NCBI GenBank assembly: GCA_900299195.1
Contig: OMIX01000098.1
Coordinates: forward strand, 92,342 to 156,341
Source of the DNA: Deltaproteobacteria bacterium
GTDB lineage: Bacteria; Bdellovibrionota; FAC87; UBA2466
DNA: 64,000 nucleotides
Direction of reading: 5' to 3'
The translations under genes and the position numbers were made by a program. The notes under the pieces were generated by a model. It was given only the letters and a program-made list of their open reading frames with translations, did no database searches and was not told where the DNA came from. Below, piece after piece: positions 18,424 through 30,744 of this stretch. Numbering within the stretch: the stretch's first letter is position 1; every line of letters begins with the position of its first letter.

Positions 18424-19703
18424 GCAAACACCAATCTTGAAGGTTCTGATAAGAAGTAAATCAATCGATTCATAAATCGTGCAGCATCTGCTCCATCAAC
18501 AACCCGATGATCTACCGACATCGATAAGAACATCACATCTCCGATGACAATCTGGTCATCTTTGACGATGGGTCGTTTTCTAATGGCGTTAACTCCCAAG
18601 ATGGCCACTTCCGGATGATTAATGACAGGAGTCGCTAGCACTCCACCAATCGATCCTGCATTAGTGACTGTAAAGGTTCCCCCCTTCATGTCATCCAAGG
18701 CAATTTTACCGGTTCGTGCTTTTTCAGAGAGCAACTGGATTTCAGTAGCCAGTTCCCAAATTGATTTTCGATCAGCAGCTTTGATTACCGGAACCATCAA
18801 TCCATTCGGCGTGTCCGTAGCCACACCAATGTTGTAATCGCCCTTTAAAATAATTTCCTGTTTCTCGTCGTCTAAAGAAGAGTTGAGATAGGGGAATTCC
18901 ATGAGAGCGGGAATCAATGCTTTAATGATAAATGGCAGATAAGTAAGTTTGACCCCTCTTTTTTCTGCCTCTTCTTTAGCAGCAGCTCGCAACTTAACGA
19001 CCGCCGACATATCAACCTCTTCCACATAGGTGAAATGGGCCGCGGTGTGTTTTGAATAAGACATGGATTCAGCAATTTTTTTCCTAACCCCTTTTAAAGG
19101 CACCACTTGAAGAGCGCCTCTAGCCACAGCAGGAACACTTGCACGTTGAGTGGGTGCAGTTGGAGTTACTGCAACTGCTGTATGCGAAGTCCGTGGAGTG
19201 GCGGCTTGGTGTCCTTCATGAGCCAACTGAACATCCATTTTGGTGACACGTCCGTGAAGGCCTGTGCCCTTCACGGTTTTCAGATCAACTCCCAAATCTC
19301 TAGCTAATTTCCGTGTGGCCGGCGTTGCAAGAATATGGAAAGGCAAGGGTTCTTCAACGGCCTCCAAGGGCTCTACCACTTTTTCAGTGGGTTTAGTGGC
19401 TGAAGTTGAAGCAGATGCCATCGTCGGTTTTGATTCGGTTTTTTCCGGAGCCTTCGAAACCGAGGCCTTACCATTTTCCGAAATACGAATGATGACTTTT
19501 CCCACTTCAATGGTTTGTCCCTCTTGAGCCAAAATCTCACTGACTGTACCTGCAACTGGTGAGGGGATTTCCACCGTTGCCTTGTCAGTCATTACTTCCA
19601 CCATGGGTTGATCTGCAGCCAGAGACTCTCCGGTTTTTACCAACCACTTAACAATTTCTCCCTCGTGAACGCCTTCACCAATATCAGGTAATTTAAAGTC
19701 CAT
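18420..19703 (-). CDS. pdhC: Dihydrolipoamide acyltransferase (E2) of a 2-oxo-acid (pyruvate-type) dehydrogenase complex
   Basis: N-terminal lipoyl domain (MTDKATVEIPSPVAG), an E3-binding region and the catalytic DHRVVDGADAARF motif. Confidence 0.85.
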   Translation of the reverse strand: MDFKLPDIGEGVHEGEIVKWLVKTGESLAADQPMVEVMTDKATVEIPSPVAGTVSEILAQEGQTIEVGKVIIRISENGKASVSKAPEKTESKPTMASASTSATKPTEKVVEPLEAVEEPLPFHILATPATRKLARDLGVDLKTVKGTGLHGRVTKMDVQLAHEGHQAATPRTSHTAVAVTPTAPTQRASVPAVARGALQVVPLKGVRKKIAESMSYSKHTAAHFTYVEEVDMSAVVKLRAAAKEEAEKRGVKLTYLPFIIKALIPALMEFPYLNSSLDDEKQEIILKGDYNIGVATDTPNGLMVPVIKAADRKSIWELATEIQLLSEKARTGKIALDDMKGGTFTVTNAGSIGGVLATPVINHPEVAILGVNAIRKRPIVKDDQIVIGDVMFLSMSVDHRVVDGADAARFMNRLIYFLSEPSRLVFA

Positions 19704-19714
19704 AGTTTTATCCT

Positions 19715-20689
19715 CTAAAAGTTTTTAACTTTTCCAACTGCCAAAGCCACTCTCTCAGGATCTGGCATATAAATGTGCTCCAAGGTGTAAGGGAAGGGGG
19801 TATCCAACCCAGTAACTCTCACAATCGGGGCTTCCAAATATAAGATGGCTTCTTCATTAATAAGTGCAGAGAGCTCTGCACCAAATCCACAAGTTTTGGG
19901 AGCCTCATGAACAATCACGACTCTTCCAGTTTTTTTCACTGATTCAAAAATAGTCTCTTCATCCAAAGGAACCAACGACCTTAAATCAATGACTTCGCAA
20001 TCAGCACCGCGAGGCTCGCAAAGCTGGGCCGCTTTCATACAAACTGGAACCATGGCGCCCCAGCACAGAACAGTCACATCTTTCCCAGGTCTCACAACTG
20101 AAGCTTTACCAATTTCAACCGTGTAACTCTCTTCAGGCACTTCTCCTTTTACGGAGCGATATAACCTTTTGGGCTCCAGGAACATAACCGGATCTTCATC
20201 TCGAATGGAACTAATCAGAAGGCCTTTAGCATCGTACGGATTTGAGGGAACCACGACTTTTAATCCAGGTGTGTGAATAAAGTAAGCCTCTGAGCTTTGA
20301 GAATGATAATGCCCACCACGAATCCCCCCTCCGTAAGGGGTTCGAATCACCATGGGGCAGGTAAATCCTCCACCACTTCGATACCTAATTTTAGCCACTT
20401 CACTGACAATCTCATCAAAAGCGGGATAAATAAAATCCATGAACTGAATTTCAGGAACAGGTCTTAAACCGTTAACCGCCATTCCCATAGCCATTCCAAT
20501 GATTCCGCTTTCATTGAGCGGAGTATCCAAAACTCTTTCTTCACCAAATTCTTTTTGAAGCCCCTCGGTGGCTCTAAAAACACCGCCGTTTACACCCACA
20601 TCCTCACCCATGAGAACAACTCTAGGATCTTGAGTCATCTCACACATCAACGCATCTCTTACTGCTTGTACTAAAGTTAAATTCGCCAT
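19715..20689 (-). CDS. pdhB: 2-oxo-acid dehydrogenase E1 component, beta subunit (pyruvate dehydrogenase type)
   Basis: 324 aa transketolase-like C-terminal E1-beta sequence, sitting between the E1-alpha and E2 genes. Confidence 0.85.
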   Translation of the reverse strand: MANLTLVQAVRDALMCEMTQDPRVVLMGEDVGVNGGVFRATEGLQKEFGEERVLDTPLNESGIIGMAMGMAVNGLRPVPEIQFMDFIYPAFDEIVSEVAKIRYRSGGGFTCPMVIRTPYGGGIRGGHYHSQSSEAYFIHTPGLKVVVPSNPYDAKGLLISSIRDEDPVMFLEPKRLYRSVKGEVPEESYTVEIGKASVVRPGKDVTVLCWGAMVPVCMKAAQLCEPRGADCEVIDLRSLVPLDEETIFESVKKTGRVVIVHEAPKTCGFGAELSALINEEAILYLEAPIVRVTGLDTPFPYTLEHIYMPDPERVALAVGKVKNF

Positions 20690-20698
20690 AATTGCCTC

Positions 20699-21919
20699 TT
20701 AAAGTGGAAATGCCTCACTGGTATTTTCAAACTTACCCCTAAGCTCGACTTCATGAAGAAGCTCCGCTTTTTGTTTTTTTAATTGAGGTGTCAGCTCGGC
20801 ATAAACGTCTTCAAAAAGATCCATCGGGTCTGGAGCGGGCTCTTTCTCTGCTCTTTCGACCGCTTCTGCAATCTGAGCTTTGATCTGCTCTTGAAGAGAC
20901 TTCTCTTTCTTTTCATCCCACCATTTCTTGCTGTTGAGATAATTTCTTAATCTCACAATAGGATCCCGTTTCGTCCAAGCTTGATATAATTTTTCATCAC
21001 GGTATCGAGTAGGATCATCTGAGGACGAATGCGGTCCCATACGAAAGGTCACACACTCAATCAGTGAAGGGCCTTCTCCACGTCTGGCCCTGTCCACCGC
21101 CTCTTTAGTCGCCGTATAAACAGCCAAAGCATCATTGCCATCAACGGAAACTCCAGGCATTCCATACCCCACCGCTTTATCGACGAGTCTTTTAGCTCCC
21201 GTTTGCTTAGAAAGGGGAACTGAGATCGCATATTGATTATTAGTCACTACAAAAACGGTGGGCGCCTTATAAGCGCCAGCAAAGGTCAAGCCAGTGTGGA
21301 AATCATTTTCCGAAGTTCCTCCGTCTCCACAATAACTAATCGCTATCTCTTTAGTTTTAGAAATTTTTGCAGCCATCGCAGCGCCCACTGCCTGAATCAA
21401 TTGGGTAGCAATAGGGCTTGAAACACTAAACATTTTTATTTTAGGAAAACTGTAATGAACCGGCATTTGCCTGCCTTTAGACAAATCACCTCGATTTCCC
21501 CAAAGGTTGCAAAGCATTTCGTACAATCCCGCACCTCGATATAGAAAAATACCCGGTTCGCGATAAGAGGGGAAAACCCAATCTTTTTCTAGTAAGGCCG
21601 CTGCCGTTCCGGTTTGAATGGCTTCTTGCCCAAAAGAGGGTACGTAAAAACCAATTCGTCCTTGTCGCTGAAGCATCATTCCTCGCTCATCAAAAGCGCG
21701 GGTTAACACCATATTGTGATACATTCTTAGGACAACTTCTTTATCGATCTTGGGTTCAACTTTAGAATCTACCGTCCCATCCTCTTTCATAATGCGAAAA
21801 CAGTCCTCTCTAAGAACTGTGCATTTTTCGGAGTCGCTGATAGTTTTACTTGGTTTCTTTTTCATTTCTACCGTTTGGCTTTTAGATTTTTTTTTCATTA
21901 AGTCGGTTCCTGAATTCAT
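20699..21919 (-). CDS. pdhA: 2-oxo-acid dehydrogenase E1 component, alpha subunit (pyruvate dehydrogenase type)
   Basis: ThDP-binding E1-alpha sequence (GDGGTSENDFH). ATG at 21919 lies 1 nt after the lipA stop; the ORF-track start of 21970 would overlap lipA. Confidence 0.8.
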   Translation of the reverse strand: MNSGTDLMKKKSKSQTVEMKKKPSKTISDSEKCTVLREDCFRIMKEDGTVDSKVEPKIDKEVVLRMYHNMVLTRAFDERGMMLQRQGRIGFYVPSFGQEAIQTGTAAALLEKDWVFPSYREPGIFLYRGAGLYEMLCNLWGNRGDLSKGRQMPVHYSFPKIKMFSVSSPIATQLIQAVGAAMAAKISKTKEIAISYCGDGGTSENDFHTGLTFAGAYKAPTVFVVTNNQYAISVPLSKQTGAKRLVDKAVGYGMPGVSVDGNDALAVYTATKEAVDRARRGEGPSLIECVTFRMGPHSSSDDPTRYRDEKLYQAWTKRDPIVRLRNYLNSKKWWDEKKEKSLQEQIKAQIAEAVERAEKEPAPDPMDLFEDVYAELTPQLKKQKAELLHEVELRGKFENTSEAFPL

Positions 21920-21920
21920 G

Positions 21921-22817
21921 TTAATGAGCCCTCGAACGCAAAAGTCCTTCAAGAAATTTTTCAGCCGCACGATACGAGCTTCTTACTAGAGGTCCTGACG
22001 GGACACACAGAAAACCTTTTTCTAATCCCACCCTCTCATACTCTTTGAAAATATCGGGTGGCACATATTCCTCTACCGGTAAATGCCAGGTCGTCGGTCT
22101 CAAATATTGCCCAAAAGTTACAATTTGGACACCTACGGATCTTAAATCGTCCATGGCTTTAAAAATTTCTTCTCGGGTTTCACCTAAACCCACCATAACT
22201 GACGACTTAGTGTAAATATTTGGATAATAACTTTTCACTTTTTTTAGTACCCCAAGGGATTGGTGGTATCCACAACGCCGATCTCGGACAGTCGTCGTTA
22301 ATCTTTCAACGGTCTCGATGTTGTGAGCAATGACATCAACTCCCGACAGACAGATTCTTTCAATACTTTTTTCATCACCTTGAAAATCAGGAATTAATAC
22401 TTCAACTAAAGTTTCAGGACTCTTTTTTTTGATGGCTTCAACAGTTTGAGCAAAATGATCCGCGCCGCCATCAGGTAAATCATCTCGATCAACCGAAGTT
22501 AAAACGACATATCGAAGTTTTAATTCAGCTATCGCTTTCGCAACGTTTTCGGGTTCGTTCGGATCCAATACCCCTTTAGGGTTTCCGCTTTTGACATGAC
22601 AAAAACGACAGGCTCGAGTGCATGTGTCTCCCATCAACATCACCGTGGCAGTTCCTCCGCCCCAACACTCTGCTACATTTGGACATCGAGCTTCTTCACA
22701 AACGGTATGAAGCTTCAATCCCTTCAGAAGTTCCTTAATTCGAGAATAATTCTCTCCACCCGGAGGTCGAATTTTCAGCCACTCGGGCTTTGGATTGGTA
22801 TGAGAAACTGAGGCCAT
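21921..22817 (-). CDS. lipA: Lipoyl synthase
   Basis: Radical-SAM CTRACRFC and the auxiliary-cluster motif [13 protein letters not shown]. Confidence 0.9.
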   Translation of the reverse strand: MASVSHTNPKPEWLKIRPPGGENYSRIKELLKGLKLHTVCEEARCPNVAECWGGGTATVMLMGDTCTRACRFCHVKSGNPKGVLDPNEPENVAKAIAELKLRYVVLTSVDRDDLPDGGADHFAQTVEAIKKKSPETLVEVLIPDFQGDEKSIERICLSGVDVIAHNIETVERLTTTVRDRRCGYHQSLGVLKKVKSYYPNIYTKSSVMVGLGETREEIFKAMDDLRSVGVQIVTFGQYLRPTTWHLPVEEYVPPDIFKEYERVGLEKGFLCVPSGPLVRSSYRAAEKFLEGLLRSRAH

Positions 22818-22893
22818 AATTACTCAAATTTGTAATAGAAAAAGCGGGGTTAGGCAATCGACACTAGGACTTTCCGACCAAAATCCGGTGAAA

Positions 22894-23544
22894 TCAGACC
22901 CCACGCTCGTTGTTACCCCAAATCTCTTTGTGCTGTTGAGTTTGAAGGGTAACAGGGGCCTTACTGGACAGAATCCAACTAGCAAGTTGCGCTGGCTTTA
23001 CCAGTCCATAGGCCGGAGAATAAAGAACTGTACACCGCTCATGTAGCTTGTGCTTGTCACAAACCCCTTGAGCCCAATCAAAATCCGCCTTGGAAGCGAC
23101 AACAAACTTGAATTGATCATGTTTTTGAACCAAATCAAAGTTTTTCCACTCCATTTTATCTGACTCACCACTGTCGGGGCATTTAACGTCTATTACTTTA
23201 ATGACTTCAGCGGGAACGTGCTCAATCGAATGACTACCATTGGTTTCAAGAGAAACCGTATATTCCGCAGCCAATAATGCCTTTAAAAGCTCCAAAGTGC
23301 CCCGTTGACTCAAAGGTTCTCCACCGGTGACACACGCATAGCTAGTCTCAAAGGGCTTAATTTTCTCTAGAATCTCCGGGACGGTCATAAGATTTCCCTC
23401 CCAGTAGGCATATTTGGTATCGCACCAATGACAACGTAAATTACAATAGGATGTGCGGATAAAGGCAGTTGGTTTGCCCGCAAGTAGACTTTCACCTTGG
23501 ATGCTGTGAAAGATTTCATTAATTTTTATTTTTACTTCTTCCAT
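22894..23544 (-). CDS. queE: 7-carboxy-7-deazaguanine synthase (radical SAM)
   Basis: IFHSIQGES...CNLRCHWCDT matches the QueE N-terminus. Starts a few nt after the atpC stop. Confidence 0.75.
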   Translation of the reverse strand: MEEVKIKINEIFHSIQGESLLAGKPTAFIRTSYCNLRCHWCDTKYAYWEGNLMTVPEILEKIKPFETSYACVTGGEPLSQRGTLELLKALLAAEYTVSLETNGSHSIEHVPAEVIKVIDVKCPDSGESDKMEWKNFDLVQKHDQFKFVVASKADFDWAQGVCDKHKLHERCTVLYSPAYGLVKPAQLASWILSSKAPVTLQTQQHKEIWGNNERGV

Positions 23545-23549
23545 CAGCA

Positions 23550-23942
23550 CTAAAGTGAAATATGCTGTCGGACTAAGGCGCGTTCTAACTTTAATTGTTG
23601 TTTTTTGAAATCGCTCTCGCTCAAAGTTCCCATCAACGCTTGTTCAGCGCGCTTCTGAGCGGCTTGAGCTCTAGCTTTATCGATATCTTTCGACTCTTCT
23701 ACCGTATCGGCTAAAACCAAAACTTTGTTGTTCCGTATTTCAGCAAACCCATAGCTGACAGAAAATTTGCGCTCTTTTCCGTCTTTAACGAAGACAAGCG
23801 GACCCGTACTCAGAAGCGTCAATAGGTCGGTATGCCCATCTAAAACCTGAAGTTCGCCTTTAGCCCCAGGTAACTTAACGCTATCTGCAGGGGCTCCATC
23901 GACCAACTTCCTAGTTGGGGTAACAATGTCTATCTTCAACAT
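23550..23942 (-). CDS. atpC: F1 ATP synthase epsilon subunit
   Basis: 130 aa, positioned after atpD; N-terminal beta-sandwich sequence MLKIDIVTP... Confidence 0.8.
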   Translation of the reverse strand: MLKIDIVTPTRKLVDGAPADSVKLPGAKGELQVLDGHTDLLTLLSTGPLVFVKDGKERKFSVSYGFAEIRNNKVLVLADTVEESKDIDKARAQAAQKRAEQALMGTLSESDFKKQQLKLERALVRQHISL

Positions 23943-23945
23943 GAA

Positions 23946-25379
<1,434 letters not shown>

Positions 25380-25391
25380 TTAAAACAAAAT

Positions 25392-26276
25392 TTATTTCAT
25401 GGCCTCTACGCCACCGACAATTTCCATCAATTCCTTCGTAATCGCTGCCTGCCGAGCTTTGTTGTAAAGCAATGTGAGATCTTCGATCATCTCTGATGCG
25501 TTCTTAGATGCATTTTCCATCGCTGACATTCTGGCTCCGTGCTCACTGGCAACCGACTCCAGAACACAGCGGAAAAACTGCATGTAAAAATGTTTGGGCA
25601 CAATATCGTTAAGAATTTCTTCTTTGGAGGGTTCAAAAATATAATTTTTAAACCTCTCGTCTTCGCCCACTTTTAAAATACCAACCACACCCTCAGGCAC
25701 TTCCGTGGCGACTGGAATCAATCGTTCGACAGTAACCCGTTGTTGGATTGCTGACTTAAATTCATTGTAAACAAGATAAATCGCATCAAATTCTTCTTTT
25801 AAATAGGCTTCTAGAATTTCGTGGGCGATAGCAGACGCTTTTGAATAGGTTACTTTAGAAAGCAGCCCCTCGTGATAACTTGAAATCGTATATTTCTTCT
25901 TAAAGAAGTCGTGTGCCTTTTTGCCAATGACGTCTAAAGAAACTTCAATTCCTGCAGCTTCTTTGGTTTTAATGAACCTTTGTGCTTCTTTAAAAACGTT
26001 TGCATTGAATGACCCGCACAGTCCCCGGTCTCCCGCCACAATGATCAATCTGATCTTTTTCTCTTCTCTGGAAACGAGAAGAGGGTGCTGGATTCCTTCC
26101 CGCTGAAACAAAGACAACAGAATGGAGTAGATCCGATAGGCAAAGGGGCGCGTACTCAAAATTGCGTCTTGAGCTCTACGCAACTTGGCCGCAGCGACCA
26201 TTTTCATCGCCCGTGTGATTTGCCTGGTATTTTGTACCGAGCTAATGCGTTTTCGTATTTCTTTACGATCAGCCAT
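25392..26276 (-). CDS. atpG: F1 ATP synthase gamma subunit
   Basis: 294 aa; MADRKEIRKRISSVQNTRQITRAMKMVAAAKLRRAQ is typical of the gamma N-terminus. Confidence 0.9.
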   Translation of the reverse strand: MADRKEIRKRISSVQNTRQITRAMKMVAAAKLRRAQDAILSTRPFAYRIYSILLSLFQREGIQHPLLVSREEKKIRLIIVAGDRGLCGSFNANVFKEAQRFIKTKEAAGIEVSLDVIGKKAHDFFKKKYTISSYHEGLLSKVTYSKASAIAHEILEAYLKEEFDAIYLVYNEFKSAIQQRVTVERLIPVATEVPEGVVGILKVGEDERFKNYIFEPSKEEILNDIVPKHFYMQFFRCVLESVASEHGARMSAMENASKNASEMIEDLTLLYNKARQAAITKELMEIVGGVEAMK

Positions 26277-26288
26277 GAAACTCTCTCA

Positions 26289-27797
26289 TTAAGCGAAGCT
26301 TGCTCCAAACTCTTCCAATGCTTTGACTAACACTGGCTTGATTTGATCATCGATAGCTTTCTTGGTTTTAATATCTTCTAGCAACTTAGGATATTTTTGT
26401 TCAATGAACTCAAAAAGCCCCTTCTCGTAAGCTCCCACTCTAGCTGTTGGGAACTTGTCCAAATATCCGTTGGTTCCGGCGTAGATGATTACCACCTGTT
26501 TTTCTACAGAAAGGGGAACGTACTGGCCCTGTTTTAACAACGCCACCATGCGCTCTCCGCGAGCCAATTGGTCTTGAGTTGCTTTGTCCAAATCAGAACC
26601 AAACTGAGCAAAAGCTGCCATCGCTCGGTACTGAGCTAAGGAAAGTCGTAAGTTACCAGCGATAGATTTCATCGCTTTGGTTTGAGCGCTACCGCCCACT
26701 CGAGAAACTGAAAGACCTACGTTAATAGCAGGTCGAACACCCGAGTAGAAAAGGTCTGTATCCAAGAAGATCTGTCCGTCAGTGATTGAAATCACATTGG
26801 TCGGAATGTACGCAGAAACGTCACCAGCTTGAGTTTCAATGATAGGAAGAGCCGTTAAACTACCGCCACCTTCTTTATCACTCAACTTCGCAGCTCGCTC
26901 TAACAAACGACTGTGAATATAGAACACGTCCCCAGGATAAGCTTCTCGTCCTGGTGGGCGTCTTAATAATAGAGACAACTGTCTGTACGCAGCTGCTTGC
27001 TTGGTCAAATCATCATAAACAATCAGCGCATGTTTTCCATTATCTCGGAACCATTCCCCCATGGTTACCCCAGCGTAGGGGGCAATATATTGAAGAGGAG
27101 CGGAAGCGCTGGCAGTTGCAGAAACCACGATGGTGTAGTCCATAGCACCTGCAGCTCTTAGTTTATCGACTACGAGAGCCACGGTTGAATTTTTCTGTCC
27201 AATCGCTACGTAGATACAGAAAACGCCCTGTCCTTTTTGATTAATAATGGTGTCGATTGCTATCGCGGTTTTTCCGGTTTGGCGGTCACCAATGATAAGC
27301 TCTCGTTGACCCCGTCCAATCGGAACCATCGCATCGATCGCCTTAATACCTGTTTGAAGTGGTTCACGAACCGATTGTCGCTTCACAATCCCAGGAGCTT
27401 TGATTTCTACGTTTCTAAATTCTTTTGATTGAATGGGTCCCATTCCATCGATGGGTTGTCCCAAAGCATTGACTACTCTTCCAACAAGAGCTTCGCCAGC
27501 CGGAACTTGTAGAATTCTTCCGGTGCGTTTAACCAAATCACCTTCTTTTACAGTGGTCACTTCTCCGAAAACTGCAACCCCGACGCTCTCTTCGTCTAGG
27601 TTCAGAACTACGCCATAAAGCCCACCAGGAAACTCCACCATTTCTCCGGCCATGGCTCCTTGAAGGCCATAAATTCTGGCTACCCCGTCACCGACATTGA
27701 GTACGGTTCCAGTTTCTGCAACTTGAACCTCTTTATCAAAGTCTTCGATGCGCTTTCTAATAATCTCACTAATTTCATCGGCGCGAATTTGTTGCAT
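26289..27797 (-). CDS. atpA: F1 ATP synthase alpha subunit
   Basis: P-loop [11 protein letters not shown]; 502 aa. Confidence 0.95.
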   Translation of the reverse strand: MQQIRADEISEIIRKRIEDFDKEVQVAETGTVLNVGDGVARIYGLQGAMAGEMVEFPGGLYGVVLNLDEESVGVAVFGEVTTVKEGDLVKRTGRILQVPAGEALVGRVVNALGQPIDGMGPIQSKEFRNVEIKAPGIVKRQSVREPLQTGIKAIDAMVPIGRGQRELIIGDRQTGKTAIAIDTIINQKGQGVFCIYVAIGQKNSTVALVVDKLRAAGAMDYTIVVSATASASAPLQYIAPYAGVTMGEWFRDNGKHALIVYDDLTKQAAAYRQLSLLLRRPPGREAYPGDVFYIHSRLLERAAKLSDKEGGGSLTALPIIETQAGDVSAYIPTNVISITDGQIFLDTDLFYSGVRPAINVGLSVSRVGGSAQTKAMKSIAGNLRLSLAQYRAMAAFAQFGSDLDKATQDQLARGERMVALLKQGQYVPLSVEKQVVIIYAGTNGYLDKFPTARVGAYEKGLFEFIEQKYPKLLEDIKTKKAIDDQIKPVLVKALEEFGASFA

Positions 27798-27808
27798 GTT
27801 TCCTCCAA

Positions 27809-28351
27809 TTAACCCGAAATTAAATTTTCTTCGAAACTATTTAACCAGCCCACCAAAGAGCCATCGTAGGTTCTGCCTCCGGCGGTGGCTTTAATTCCAC
27901 CAATAAGAGCCGGATCTACTTTGTAACTAGCTTCTACTTTTTTTCCTAAAATCTTTTGAAATTTATCTTCTATTTTTTTCTTCTCTTCACTCTCCAAAGT
28001 AGTGGCTGTCTCCACTTGAAGAGCAATAACATTAGCTGATTCTAAAAGAATCAACTGAAGACGATCTGAAATAGCACTTAAATGATCGAGTCTCTTTGCA
28101 GATGATAAGGTTAATAAAACCTTCAATGCCTCTGCAGATAGTTTTGCTTTGGAAACAAGCTCTTCTACTACAGATCTTCTCTCGGCCTCAGAGTAGACAT
28201 CGCTGGTTAAAACTAAACTCAGCTCATTGTGCCCCTCTAAAAGAAACGCGAAACCCCTTAACTCAGTGATCAAACTGCGGATCCGCGACTCATCTTTAAG
28301 ATAGTCGAAAATTGCCCTTGCATATCTTTGTGAAACTTTATCTTGTGCCAT
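27809..28351 (-). CDS. atpH: F1 ATP synthase delta subunit (OSCP)
   Basis: 180 aa, positioned between atpF and atpA; OSCP-like sequence. Confidence 0.75.
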   Translation of the reverse strand: MAQDKVSQRYARAIFDYLKDESRIRSLITELRGFAFLLEGHNELSLVLTSDVYSEAERRSVVEELVSKAKLSAEALKVLLTLSSAKRLDHLSAISDRLQLILLESANVIALQVETATTLESEEKKKIEDKFQKILGKKVEASYKVDPALIGGIKATAGGRTYDGSLVGWLNSFEENLISG

Positions 28352-28820
28352 GACCTACCAAATCTACAAATTCTGTTACAAGCTTGTGCTTTTCCTGTGC
28401 GGGTAAATGTTCACCCAAATAGAGTTCTGCAAGTTCAACGCTTCTTTCAATAGCCTCTTTCTGCAGTCCTTGTTTAGCTTTTAAAATTTCTCCCGAGCTT
28501 AAAAGTTCAGCTTCTTTTTTGATTCGTTCCGCTTCATGTTTAGCTTCGGTTAAAGTTTTTTCTCGAAACCTGATTAAGCTAGCTTCAGAGTCTTTCTTGT
28601 CTTGCAATGCGTGAGCTTGAGCTTGATTCCAATTATTTTCCCAAGTAGACAGCTCTTCATGCGCATTTTTTGCCATCTGTTCTGCCTCTGAAATTAAATT
28701 TTTCACACCTTCTGACCGAGCAGCCATAAAACTTGCAAAGGGTTTTCTTCCAAAAAAAACAAAAATGAAAACCACAACACTGAAATTTAAGATACTAGCA
28801 ATGACTACGTGTGCTTCCAT
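28338..28820 (-). CDS. atpF: Fo ATP synthase b subunit
   Basis: N-terminal TM helix followed by a long charged coiled coil. 160 aa. Confidence 0.7.
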   Translation of the reverse strand: MEAHVVIASILNFSVVVFIFVFFGRKPFASFMAARSEGVKNLISEAEQMAKNAHEELSTWENNWNQAQAHALQDKKDSEASLIRFREKTLTEAKHEAERIKKEAELLSSGEILKAKQGLQKEAIERSVELAELYLGEHLPAQEKHKLVTEFVDLVGHGTR

Positions 28821-28822
28821 CG

Positions 28823-29356
28823 TTATCCCTGAACCACCGGACGATTATTTAGGTTTTTTTTTACCCCAACATCGACTCCGGAAATTTTAACTGTTTTTCC
28901 GACAAGCTTACTGGCAATTCTGCTTGAGAAATCCGAAATCATTGGAGTGAGTTCATTTCTCACCTGAGAAACTTCTGTATCAATTTGTTTTCTTATCTCT
29001 TCCAGTTTTTGAGCCGCTTGATCACGAGCAGCCTGCACAAGTTTAGTTTCTTCTTCTGATATTTTCTTTTTTTCTTCATCTAACCACAGGGCAGTTTTTT
29101 TGTGCTCTGTCTTAATAAAGTTTTCGTAATCCGATTTCAGCTGCCCAGCTTTTTTCTTGGCTTCTTCAGCTTCTTCTTTCAAACCGTGAGTTTTGTGTTC
29201 GCGTATATGAATCAATTCCATTAGCGGTTTAAAAACCAAAAGTTTCATGACCATAAAACTGGCTAGAAAAAGACCTAGCTGGATCAAAAACTCGATAGCA
29301 AATTGTCTATTTAATACCAGCCCTTCCATTACTTCCATGGGATCCCTCTTAAACAA
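28823..29356 (-). CDS. Fo ATP synthase b' subunit (second b-type subunit)
   Basis: A second b-like protein (TM helix plus charged helix) immediately upstream of atpF. Confidence 0.55.
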   Translation of the reverse strand: MFKRDPMEVMEGLVLNRQFAIEFLIQLGLFLASFMVMKLLVFKPLMELIHIREHKTHGLKEEAEEAKKKAGQLKSDYENFIKTEHKKTALWLDEEKKKISEEETKLVQAARDQAAQKLEEIRKQIDTEVSQVRNELTPMISDFSSRIASKLVGKTVKISGVDVGVKKNLNNRPVVQG

Positions 29357-29453
29357 ACTTTAGGCAGTTTCAGCTGACTTGGTTTACAGCCCAAGTGAGG
29401 GTGTGTCAAGAAACGGTATGATTTTTTGTGCAGTATTTTGAAGGCTTTAAGCG

Positions 29454-29858
29454 TTAATTCGTCTTGGTTTGCCTAGTAAGACCGGGAAGGGGACCCAACA
29501 TTTTAGTTTTTCCATCAAACACTGCCCCTTCCTCAATCTGCAATATCGCGGTTTGAACTGTGCCTCGAACCACAGCTGGGGCTTGAATTTCCACTCTCTG
29601 GGTAGAATAAATATCTCCCGAGAAATGTCCTGAAATTACAACAACATCCGCTTCTATTTGACCAGTAACTTGGGCTTCATCACCAATGATCAAAATGTCC
29701 GGAGTAAAAATTTCTCCTTTAAAACTGCCATCTATTCTGGCCGTTCCTTCAAATTGGAGACGTCCCTCAAGATGACACCCTTTTTGAAGAACCACAGTAA
29801 CTTCGTGGCTTACTGAGGGAAGATCAAATGGATCCTGGCGGCGTTGAAACATTTTCAC
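29454..29858 (-). CDS. Bactofilin (DUF583 polymer-forming cytoskeletal protein)
   Basis: Beta-helical bactofilin repeat GTARIDGSFKGEIFTPDILIIGDEAQVTGQIEADVVVISGHFSGDIY. Directly downstream of parB. Confidence 0.75.
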   Translation of the reverse strand: MKMFQRRQDPFDLPSVSHEVTVVLQKGCHLEGRLQFEGTARIDGSFKGEIFTPDILIIGDEAQVTGQIEADVVVISGHFSGDIYSTQRVEIQAPAVVRGTVQTAILQIEEGAVFDGKTKMLGPLPGLTRQTKTN

Positions 29859-30744
29859 CTTTTAGCTCATCTGCTAGACGCATTAAATCATCACGGGTTG
29901 CGTAGGTAAACTGAATGAGCCCTTTATTGTCGTTACCCACAATTTTTACCATTGTCCCATAAATTCTTTTAAGGTCTTCTTCAAGCGCTCTCAAATGGAT
30001 ATTTTCATGGGACGGAGCGGCACCGGGGCCTTTCCCCTTATCTCTGATTACCTCTCCTACTTTACGCTCTGTTTCTCGAACCGAAAGTTTTTTCTTTACT
30101 ATCATCTCGCGAACAGCCAGCTGGTCCTCAGCGGTCTCTAGAGATAACAACGCCCTAGCGTGACCCATGGTAATTTTCCCAGCTGTAATATCCTCTCGAA
30201 TCACTGCTGGTAATTTAAGAAGTCGCAAAGTGTTGGCCACAGTGGCCCTATTTTTACCAACGCGATTAGCTATATCCTCTTGGGAAAGCTGAAACTCATC
30301 CATCAACTGCTGATAAGCAATAGCTTCTTCAATACAATTCAGATCCTCTCTTTGAATGTTTTCGATGATGGCCATTTCAAGAGATGTTTGATCTCCATCA
30401 ATTTCTTTGACGACAACCGGAACTTGTTTCAATCCAGCGCGTTGAGCAGCTCTCCATCGACGCTCACCAGCAATGAGTTCAAAACGCCCATCTTTGTGCC
30501 TTACGATCAAGGGCTGAATAACACCATGAACTTTTACCGATTCAACCAATTCGTCTAAAGCTTCTTTTTGAAAAATTTTTCTCGGTTGGTAGGTGTTCGG
30601 TACTATTTTCTCTATGTCGCAATAGAAAAAATCTTTTTTTAACTGTGCGCCAGGTAAAGTCCCCTCCGGACCTTGGGCCTCTGGAATCAAAGAGGCTAAA
30701 CCTCTACCGAGTGGTTTTTTTCTGTCGAGATCAAGGGTTGCCAT
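29824..30744 (-). CDS. parB: Chromosome partitioning protein ParB (Spo0J)
   Basis: ParB box GERRWRAA and an HTH region; N-terminal LGRGLASLI. Confidence 0.9.
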   Translation of the reverse strand: MATLDLDRKKPLGRGLASLIPEAQGPEGTLPGAQLKKDFFYCDIEKIVPNTYQPRKIFQKEALDELVESVKVHGVIQPLIVRHKDGRFELIAGERRWRAAQRAGLKQVPVVVKEIDGDQTSLEMAIIENIQREDLNCIEEAIAYQQLMDEFQLSQEDIANRVGKNRATVANTLRLLKLPAVIREDITAGKITMGHARALLSLETAEDQLAVREMIVKKKLSVRETERKVGEVIRDKGKGPGAAPSHENIHLRALEEDLKRIYGTMVKIVGNDNKGLIQFTYATRDDLMRLADELKGENVSTPPGSI